A DNA stretch of 64,000 nucleotides from Octopus vulgaris (lineage: Eukaryota): the NCBI GenBank assembly GCA_951406725.2, contig OX597814.1, positions 4,898,001-4,962,000 of the forward strand, written 5' to 3'. A program made the position numbers and the translations under genes. Below, one piece after another: positions 53,906 through 64,000 of this stretch. The notes under the pieces are model-generated. The model was not told the DNA's origin, did not search any database, and saw only the letters and a program-made list of their open reading frames with translations. Each line of letters opens with the position of its first letter. Positions within the stretch are counted from its first letter, which is position 1.

Positions 53906-54426
53906 CAAGGGTGAGTCAAAAAGTAATGCCATTTTGTTTAGGACGGCTACAATTACCAGCACAGGAACATGTATCATACATCAAAATGAAGGTGGTCCTC
54001 TGTGGATCACATCCCTACTTCTCAACATAGTCACCGTTTCTCTCAATAGCAATGTTCCACCTATGAATGAGAACATGGATCCCTGCCCCGTAAAATTCTG
54101 TTGACTGTTCTTTGAGCCACTTCTTCACTACAGTTTTCACTTTCTCGTCACTGGAATAACCCTCTTTCGTGGGGCCGAAGAGATGATAGTCCAGTGATGA
54201 GGAAGTGAAAACTGTAGTGAAGAATAGTCACCAGAATTTTACAGGGCAGGGATACATGTTCTCATTCGAAGGTGGAACATTGCTATTGAGAGAAACGGTG
54301 ACTATGTTGAGAAGTAGGGATGTGATCGACAGAGGACCACCTTCATTTTGATGTATGATACATGATCTTGTGTTGGTAATTATACCTGTCCTAAACAAAA
54401 TGGCATTACTTTTTCACTCACCCTCG
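53906..54426. mobile_element. Mariner-derived fold-back MITE
   Basis: TA TSD; TIR C(A/G)AGGGTGAGT(C/G)AAAAAGTAATGCC; arms encode the transposase C-terminus EFYRAGIHVLIRRWNIAIERNGDYVEK*. Confidence 0.88.
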
Positions 54427-54508
<82 letters not shown>

Positions 54509-55055
54509 CATCATCATTTAACGTCTGTTCTCCATGCTGGCAAGGACGAAGGGCTCCATCAGTTTCCATCTACCAAATCCACTGACAAGGCTTTGGTCGG
54601 CATGAAGCTAAAGTCGAAGACACTTTGGCCAAGATGCTAAGCAATGGGACTGAACCCAGAACCATGTGGATTCTTATCACACAGTTACGCCTACAAACAC
54701 TTAACGATGATGATGATGATGACAACGACGACGATGGCTTTCATCCTTCAGCATTATCAAAGTTTTAATGTTTATTAAACATCGTCTTAGAATTGTCAAC
54801 AGATCATCAGATGTAAATCTTCGTCGCTAATTGAGGCTGTTTGGCTTTTCCAACGCCTTAGCCACCCCCATCGCCCGTGGTAAAGCCGCGGACGTGTTTT
54901 AATTGCTTCAGTAGGTTCCGTTCAACCTTGTGGTGTGCGGCCAGTTGAAGCACTTGGTGCTGCATTGACGTTTGTTTTTCTTTCTTTTTCTTTTGTAAAA
55001 TATATTCTTTTTTAACTGAATTATTGCAAATTCTAACAAACAGAATGTATTTTGA

Positions 55056-55491
55056 GACGGAGGTAAAGAGTATGTACACCACCGGTTTTCGGCCTAACAA
55101 AAACCCTAACTCTAAACCTTAACCAGTAACTACTAGCGAACAGTGATCCCGGTGCGTGCCCTCGCGCATCCGCGCTAGCTAGTCGTAAGTAGTCGATCCT
55201 ACAACGACTTTTTAACCCTAAACCTGACCCTAACCTAACCCTAGTTTGTTTATAAAAATAATTTATTTCCTTAGTTTAAAAAAGTATTTACTTTGCGTTT
55301 TATTTACTTTGTTCGAAAAATATTATTTAATTTTCTTTGATTTGTATTCAGCCTTGAAATACAAACATACATGCAAATCATAGGATCGACTACTTACGAC
55401 TAGCTAGCGCGAGTGCGCGCACCGGGACCACTGTTCGCTAGTGGTACCCCTTAACCCTAACCACCGGGTGTATGCATTCTTTACCTTCGCC
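55056..55491. mobile_element. MITE (Merlin-like) with ~25-bp TIRs and 9-bp TSD
   Basis: TIR G(A/G)CG(G/A)AGGTAAAGA...TACACC; TSD gtattttga / gcattttga. Confidence 0.7.
55125..55448. mobile_element. Nested MITE with ~70-bp TIRs and 8-bp TSD
   Basis: Arms actagcgaacagtg...agtcgatccta; TSD ccttaacc at 55117-55124 and 55449-55456. Confidence 0.75.
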
Positions 55492-56266
55492 GCATTTTGA
55501 TAAGATAATTGTTTCTTTGTTATTTTATGTAAATAACGAAATAAATATCGAATATTATTTGTTTGAATATTGTTTTAACGATCGGCGGACTTTCGGGATA
55601 ATCCATCCGTGGCAGAATGGAGAGGATAAGAAATAGGGTGGCTTTCTTCTGTGAATGGATTTTCTTTTTTCGGAGGAAAGATTGCCTTTATTTTTGTACT
55701 TTTTTTTGTAAATCCTTCCCCGAACTCCGCTCAACACAAATCCTGGGCCCTTTTCTTGTAAATTCTCATTGAAACACCGCTTTGTGCCTTGATGGGTATT
55801 TAAATAAAACCGTTTTCCCACAGCAAGGAAGTGTCGGATAATTTTTTACCGGAGATTTCCTAGTTTACATTAAGCAACAAAGAGATTCTTCGGGATCGCT
55901 CGAACCGATAGAAATAGCAACGAAATCTCTCTAAAAAAAAAAATAATGAAGACGATACACTTTAGATAATGTAATTCTAAATATCTACCAACAACGACCA
56001 CAAGACAGGATGGCCATTGGTGGTGAGATTTCTATGATGAATAGTCTTTTCGATGAAGATTAATCTACCTGAGCACTTGAGCACTTTGTTGTGCACCTGA
56101 ACAGTTAGGGTGCACCTGAGCAACAAGTTCATTAATTAATTATTATCGTTATTATCTCATAAATCTGTTTTTTTCTCAAAGGGTAAACATGAGTTTGTAA
56201 AGAGCCCCACGTGGTGAATCTGGTGGGATTCTGTCAGAATAAAAGGAAACATTCTCGTCTACTTAC

Positions 56267-56386
56267 AGAAAAGTTGAAGAAGTGTGAAAGGACGATCGTG
56301 TCGTGGTTGCTTTTCAGGTGATTAAAATTAGAAACATCTAAAATTAATTTTCCACTTCTCAGGTTGTGGGGCAACTTCAATGCCAT
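56267..56386 (-). CDS. RPP40: RNase P/MRP protein subunit p40, coding exon 1 (MALKLPHNLR...SHFFNFS)
   Basis: ATG at 56386, 120 nt, donor GTAAGT (phase 0); resembles human RPP40 N-terminus (SNFGNHKSRH...HYYNY). Confidence 0.88.
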
Positions 56387-56798
56387 GTTTACAGTGAACG
56401 GAATCAGGGGCGGATAACTCGACACGCACCACGGCTGATTACAGCAGTTGACTGCGGCCCCTTTATGTAGGGGACTGGACCTTTATTAAGAATCCTTTAT
56501 TTACATACTAGCTTTATTTATATGCTTTATTTATATACTCTCGTGCATATATACTTTATTTATATACTAATTCCACCGAGGTCGACTTTGCCTTTCATCC
56601 TTTCGGGGTCGATTAAATAAGTACCAGTTGCGCACTGAGGTCGATGTAATCGACTTAATCCGTTTGTCTGTCCTTGTTTGTCCCCTCTGTGTTTAGCCCC
56701 TTGTGGACAATAAAGAAATACATTTAATGCCTTGTGAGTGAATTTGGTAGACGGAAACTGAAAGAAGCCTGTCGTATATATGTATATATATATATAAA

Positions 56799-56852
<54 letters not shown>

Positions 56853-57179
56853 CATACATATATATATATATATATGTATGTATGTGTTTGTCCCCCTAGC
56901 ATTGCTTGACAACCGATGCTGGTGTGTTTACGTTCCCGTCACTTAGCGGTTCGGCAAAAGAGACCGATAGAATAAGTACTGGGCTTACAAAGAGTAAGTC
57001 CCGGGGTCGATTTGCTCGACTAAAGGCGGTGCTCCAGCATGGCCGCAGTCAAATAACTGAAACAAGTAAAAGATAAAGAAAGATAAAAGATACTAGCTGA
57101 AATACCCGGCGTTGCTCGGGTTAATGACTCAGAGAATCAACAGTAACAATGCAAAGCTCTTTATCTAACTTATACTAAA

Positions 57180-58900
57180 TATTTTCAAGGAAAAAAAAAC
57201 ACTCAATAAAATTTCGGACCCTTTTTATTATTTTTTTTCTTCTTTTAAGAATATAGTTTGATAGCCATATCTTGGGATGTGAAAGTGTTAGGCCTGTAAT
57301 TTTTAGCTTCAGCCCTGCTACCCTCCTTTGTGTATAGATGTGTCTTTCAGTAGTTCTGGGAATCTGCCAGTATCTAGCGACTTTTGAAATGGTATCTTTA
57401 ATGTTTTCACAAGGCTGTTTTGACAGGTTTTCAGCAGTCTGACTAGGAGACCATCTGGTCCAGATGCTGGGTTCGAATCTAAGTCATTAGCTGTAAGTGT
57501 ATCATCTTCCAGTGTATCATTAATTTTTAGATGTGTCTCTGCAAAGAATTCCTTTGACTCATGTTATTATTTTGTTAACTGTAGGTTGGGAAAATGCACA
57601 GCCATAATGTTGACTCAAGAATGTGCAGGTTTGGGATGAATTATTAGAGAGCCAATCTGGTTATGCATGGCTGATCTTTGTTTAGCAAAGTGGAAAAAGA
57701 ACTTAGAAATAGATTTTATATTTTACACTGTTCGTTGTTCCCTCAGTGAAGTTTCTTTCTCGTGAGATAGTTTTAGGTCCAGTTCAATGTTCACTTTTTT
57801 TATTTCTCATCTGTGGAGAATTTTTTTTCCTTTGTTTTCTTTTGTTTTTTAGTTGTTTTGTTGGTTTGGTTCTGCATCCGTCTATCTCGCAGAATCAAGT
57901 GCTTGCAGGAATAGGCAAGTTTATGTGGGGCATGCTTTCAACAGCTCCAGGTTAACTCTTCGAACAGAGACTTCATTCCTTCGTTAGCATTGAGGTTGCC
58001 AATATGCTCTGACCTGTTTGTTTTGAAAATTTCAGTTTCAGTTTCTATCCACTTGGCCTTCCTGAAATTCAAATTGATGAGGAGTCATGTTTGATGTTAT
58101 TTGTGTGTGTTGCCCTAGATGGACGGTAAAGATTTGTTGGACGGGTAAAGATTTGTTGGACGGGTAAAGATTTGTTGGACGGGTAAAGATTTGTTGGACG
58201 GGTAAAGACGTGTTGCATGAGAAAGTCTTTTAATAGTATTGAGAAGAGCATTTATAATATCTCATCTCCAGTTGTTTGATTCCAGGCTGGATATAACCCT
58301 CAGGCCATCTAAGGAGAGGAAAATTAAAATCCTCTGCTGAAAGTACATTGGACTGTGGGCTGGCCTTACTTGTGGTTTGACCTATGAGTGACAAAGCATC
58401 TTTGAAGTGACCTCCCTGTTTAACTGCATCAAGAAGACAAGAGGTAATGCCTATGATCAAATTGGGGTCAATCACATACATTATTAGTGAATCACGGGCT
58501 GTGTTGGAGTGGGAGAGGAGGACATTTATTGCCAAGTCTTCTTGGATGAAAAGCACTATTTCTCTTTGTGTCTCCATTGAGAAGAAAGACATATTTTTGA
58601 GCTTTGTGTGTTCATAATTTTATTTTATTTACAGTTGGCAGATTTATCATGGAACTGTCAGGGATAAATATGGACTGAGGTGAACAGTGGAGGGGGAAGG
58701 CGTGAGTCTTCACTATTTGGAGTAGTAGTAGAGGAAATGGTAGTGGCAGTAGAATAAGAGGACAATGGTGATGATGGATCTCTTGTGTTCTACTGGGAGA
58801 GAGAGAAATCTGAATGGCCCGAGTGTGGAGAAGAGCTAGGGACTGTGTTGTTTAATGGGTCATCTGTTGTTCTAGCTTTGAAGAGTGACTTCCGACGCTG
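57180..58900 (-). mobile_element. Highly degenerate CR1-group LINE (endonuclease to pre-RT region)
   Basis: LLSHSN, DFNFPLLRWP, SKFFFHFA, SGPDG remnants. Confidence 0.55.
58121..58208. repeat. 19-bp tandem repeat (GGACGGGTAAAGATTTGTT)n, about 4.5 copies
   Basis: Direct reading. Confidence 0.95.
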
Positions 58901-59078
58901 ATTTTGTTGTTGTTGTTGTTATTGTTTAGTTGTGGTAAAGGGTAGTAGCAGCAGAATTTGATGATGGGTCAATGATAATGGGCAATAATGATGATGAGCC
59001 TCCTTGGGGTTGATTTATTCGACTAAAGGCGGTGCTCCAGCATGGCCGCAATCAAATGACTGAAACAAGTAAAAGAAA

Positions 59079-59114
<36 letters not shown>

Positions 59115-59262
59115 GTTATGAGAGGAAATAGTGTCAGACCCTAAAAAATGGATCTACAAATACAATATCCCTACATATCTCGCATCTATTTTCTTTCCTC
59201 CATCTCACTATCTATTTTGTATCTTATCTAAATTAACTATTACTTAACATATCCTCTCATAC

Positions 59263-59311
59263 CATCCCTGATGAAGGGATATAATAAATATCCTGGAAAC
59301 AGTTGTAAGAC
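59263..59311 (+). ncRNA. Type I hammerhead-like motif
   Basis: CTGATGA-ag-ggatat(aataa)atatcc-tg-GAAAC-agtt-GTA; stem I imperfect. Confidence 0.68.
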
Positions 59312-59379
59312 CTTCTATCTATAAATGTTCTAAAATCTACACAGCCTTGGTTTTTTTTTTATCTCATTATGAAAAAGAA

Positions 59380-59459
<80 letters not shown>

Positions 59460-60554
59460 GGACATGTACTTGCATAGCAAGTGACCTGATCTGAGATCAT
59501 GTGCTGAAACAAAAACAATTTCAGCATGGAATGTTTTTATACGCCATTTAAAAACATAAAAACCATTAGATTCACTTCAACATTTAAATTTAATTTGCCA
59601 AAATATTTTCATCGCTTTGAGACAGCGACATGTTCATTGACAAAATTCCGTATTGCATCTGAGCAGCATCAGACTTGATTAAATTTAAATGCTGAAGTGA
59701 ATCTAATGGATTTTGTGTGTTTTTAAATGGCTTATAAACACCTTCCACACTACAATGGTGTGTATGTGTGTGTATATATATATATATATAAATATATAAA
59801 ATATGAATTAGAGATAAAACCACTATTATGCAACTCAAACAGTGATAGACATAAACCACCAATACATAAATAACAAATAATATATATAATTAATATAATA
59901 TCAGAACCAAAATCGAAGTCGATCAACATCAATGGAAATTGCAGCTGAGTTACCAGTACCGGTGGAACGTAAGCGAACCATCCGATCATGGCTGTTGCCG
60001 GCGCCGCCCCGACTGGCCTCCATGCCGGTGGCACGTAAAATGCACCATCCGATTATGGCCGTTGCCAGCCTCGCCTGGCCCCCGTGCCGGTGGCACATAA
60101 AAAGCACCATCTGTCCATGGCCGTTTGCCAGCCCCGTCTGGCACCTGTGCTGATGGCATGTAAAAAGCACCCACTACACTCACGGAGTGGTTGGCATTAG
60201 GAAGGGCATCCAGCTGTAGAAACATTGCCAGATCAGACTGTGTCTGGTGCAGCCTTCTGGCTTCCCAGACCCCAGTTGAACCGTCCAACCCATGCTAGCA
60301 TGGAAAACGGACACTAAATGATGATGATGATGATGATATTTATCCTTCATTTTATACTTTTTGAAAAAAAAACATTATATATTATATTAATTATATATAT
60401 TATTTGTTATTTATGTATCAGTTTATGTCCATCACTGTTTGAGTTGCATAATAGTGATTTTATCTCTAATTCATATTTTATATATTTATACTGTGAAATT
60501 TGATTTAATTCTAAATTGAATTTTTCCCTGTAAGTTTGGAGTTATACTCCCTAA

Positions 60555-60635
<81 letters not shown>

Positions 60636-60682
60636 CTGGTAATTGATATTTGATTTAGATGTATTTCTCCATTTTCTTATCT

Positions 60683-60729
<47 letters not shown>

Positions 60730-60777
60730 ATTGATTCTAGTTTCGGCTCATGAGCTGTAGCCATGCTAGGGCACCGC

Positions 60778-60834
<57 letters not shown>

Positions 60835-61352
60835 GGTAACATTTGTTTATTAACTGTGAGAGAAGAAACATAATTCTAAGAAATGTGGTCAAACGAAAAA
60901 TGATAAAAGAGACTTCGGTCCAAAACTTCGTCTCAAGAAGCAACTTGCTCTCGATTTTACACTTTCTGTTTCTTGTTTTCTAGCAAAACGTCTTCACTTT
61001 TAGGAAGATTTTAGTACATCTTGCGTTCCATATTTTACGAAGATTTGTCCTTCCTGTGTTCCATATTTTTCCTCCTCCTTTTTTTCGTCGCCAGTCTTTG
61101 GAAAGTGGAAAAATTATGGAACAACATCGGAATAATTTCACGCTTGACGTCAGAAACTAAATTTCCGGTCGCTTTTAATAGCAAAAGTAAAATGTAAAAC
61201 AGAAATGGAAGCAAGGGCGAAACGTCATATATGGCGTTTGCGTGTGCAAAAATAGCATCGGAAAAGATATCTGAAAGTTTGCGAGTGCTTGAAGTGACCG
61301 CCAGAACAGAAGGACGTCACAACACTGTGTCCACATACCTCAGTATATATAC

Positions 61353-61435
<83 letters not shown>

Positions 61436-61451
61436 CATATTTATATGTATA

Positions 61452-61490
<39 letters not shown>

Positions 61491-61538
61491 ATATATATAT
61501 ATATATAAATATATATCTATATATATATATATACATAT

Positions 61539-61605
<67 letters not shown>

Positions 61606-61623
61606 TATACATACATATATATC

Positions 61624-61687
<64 letters not shown>

Positions 61688-61831
61688 GTATGTATATATA
61701 ATCTACATAAAATAGCATTATATTTTATTAAACAATTTTAACATATTAAAGTATATATGTATTAAATGCTATATTGAATGGATGGCCACACCTGGAACGC
61801 CTTGTCATTTCCTATAAGCGGTCAATGAAAC

Positions 61832-61910
<79 letters not shown>

Positions 61911-61917
61911 CAGTAGC

Positions 61918-61958
<41 letters not shown>

Positions 61959-61959
61959 C

Positions 61960-62026
<67 letters not shown>

Positions 62027-62514
62027 ATATGTATGTATGTATGTGTGTATGTAATGCTTTTCGCCATTTCCGTTTTCAGTTTTACATGTGATTTGTGATT
62101 CGTTTCGCCGTGTTAATGAAAAATAAGGAATCATCGACCCTTGTTGACCCGAAGAAAATCTGCAGCTAAAATCGGAAGATGACCACCGAATGGACCTTGT
62201 GGTCAAGCTCTCTCTCAAGCTCAGCCCTTATATATATATATATATATATCCTTTCAGAGATTTATATTGATTTAAAGCCATTCCAATTATTAAAATATTC
62301 ATTGGATTTTGCGTTGTGGTGGGTGGTCAAGGGCCGGATGGGGTAAACTTGTGACCTTTGCAGACCCGCAAGGAAACCCTCCAAAACTCATGATGTTGGT
62401 CAACTGAGTTTATCAATGTCTTTGAGACAGGTACGCTTCTCACAATATTTCTCAAAACAAATTCAAGCTTCTTACCGATTCAGTTTTTCAGTTTATATTT
62501 ATTCTGTCGTCTAT

Positions 62515-62567
<53 letters not shown>

Positions 62568-62761
62568 TATATTAGAGATAAAACCACTATTAGGCAAATC
62601 ATACAATGAAAAACTTAAGCCAATACATAAGATTAATTAATTTATATTATTTAAATATATATCAAAATTATATATATATCGAAGTTAACTTCAATTTAAT
62701 TAATATTTAATATAAATATATTTATCACACCATAATTTCTATCGTGTATAATCATTTTGAG

Positions 62762-62770
62762 AAAAAAAAA
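62762..62770 (-). terminator. Pol III oligo-T terminator of tRNA-Gln
   Basis: T9 run 7 nt downstream of the tRNA 3' end. Confidence 0.8.
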
Positions 62771-62777
62771 GCGTATC

Positions 62778-62849
62778 AGGTTCTACCGAGACTCGAACTC
62801 GGATCGCTGGATTCAGAGTCCAGAGTGCTAACCATTACACCATAGAACC
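62778..62849 (-). tRNA. tRNA-Gln (anticodon CTG)
   Basis: 72 nt GGTTCTATGGTGTAATGGTTAGCACTCTGGACTCTGAATCCAGCGATCCGAGTTCGAGTCTCGGTAGAACCT; complete cloverleaf, A and B boxes. Confidence 0.97.
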
Positions 62850-63634
62850 CTTACGATTTTGCGCCTCGCTTTTTAACTACTTATTACAGTTGCTGTTGTG
62901 TTTTCCCTTTAAAAATGGAGTTTGTTGTGATTTTCGCATTTGCCAAATAACAATTAATGCCATTCCGTTCGAAATGATACCCTGATTACCGATAGATACC
63001 CCGATTATCTGGTTACAGTGGACAGAAATTTTCGTGTGTTCTATTCTTGGCAGGAGGTGGGTGAAGAAATTCGTGTTGAAATCTCGGTTCTGACTTTACA
63101 TCTTTTGGGTTGTTACCTGATTGATTGCATCTTTCCACCTTCGATCTAATAATCGATGTCTTGTCGAGGCAGACGGCTTTAACAGTTGACGACGAAGACG
63201 AAATAAAATGGCTATAACTGGGTGGCGAATGTTATTCGCAGTTTGGTGTGTTTAACAATAGATCTGCTTGATCGGGAGTGCCCTGGGTGGCGGTCGGGGT
63301 TAAAACAATAACAACTCAGGGTTTACGTGTAGAATAGCGTCGGCAAAAAAAAAAAAGTGAAAGTATTGCGTTATGTCAGAGAGAGTGAGAGAGAGAGAGA
63401 GAGAGAGAGATAAGGGGAAAGCGAGTGAGACACAATTACATAATATACAGTGTGCTTTTTTCCGGACTTATGAATAACTGATTGATATACATACATACAT
63501 ACGCGTGCGCGCGCGTGTATGTGTGTATGTATGTATGTATGTATATATATATATATATTTAAGTAGTTGAATGAATTATCCTACTATGGATAATTCGGTT
63601 AACCGATACCCGGGTAGCAAATTTACGTCAGAAA

Positions 63635-63712
63635 GCACTGATGAGAAGACGGCATAATGCACCCTTTATTCCTTCGGAATTGAGAATATGCAGTCTTCGA
63701 AACATGTGTCGA
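63635..63712 (+). ncRNA. Hammerhead-like motif with extended stem II
   Basis: CTGATGA-gaagac-g-gcata...tatgc-a-gtcttc-GAAAC-atgt-GTC; stem I does not pair well. Confidence 0.6.
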
Positions 63713-63755
63713 GAATAAAGGAATTTTGTTAAATCGTCGTTCGACTCCATTCTTT

Positions 63756-63831
<76 letters not shown>

Positions 63832-64000
63832 AGCATATTAACATACTATATTCATATAGAAAGGCGAAGTGTGCTTCTAAATATAGAAACTCTGTTTTTC
63901 CAGCAACCTGTAATATATTGAAACAAAACATAAATGAAATTATTTATTGGAACATAACAATTGGATAGTGACTCACTTGTCTCCCATACACCGCAAATAG

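Noticed and set aside
56387-56425. Upstream in-frame GTG start given by the ORF track
   Set aside because: The ATG at 56386 gives a protein matching orthologue length; the track uses prokaryotic starts.
57092-57125. Helentron-like terminus actagctgaaatacccggcgttgctcggg
   Set aside because: Only one end is visible; no partner terminus was found.
56386-62849. Functional link between RPP40 and the nearby tRNA gene
   Set aside because: tRNA genes are numerous; proximity alone is not evidence.

Overview
AT-rich, microsatellite-dense animal genomic DNA; the SINE/LINE repertoire points to a coleoid cephalopod, probably Octopus (inference). The one supportable protein-coding gene is a 7-exon minus-strand RPP40 (RNase P/MRP subunit p40, CDS 56386->37792, 1086 nt, 361 aa, all introns GT-AG). 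An intact tRNA-Gln(CTG) gene lies at 62778-62849 (-). The rest is mobile DNA: tRNA-derived SINE families, RTE, CR1-like and restriction-endonuclease (R4/Dong-like) LINE fragments, mariner relics, MITEs, micro- and minisatellites. The most striking signal, absent from the ORF track, is about 14 type I hammerhead-ribozyme-like motifs from roughly 8 unrelated short sequence families. Several sit in inverted or tandem Penelope-like (retrozyme-like) mini-elements, some with long G-U-rich stem II extensions, covarying stems or variant cores. Most ORFs in the track are microsatellite artefacts. All folds and alignments were done by eye.
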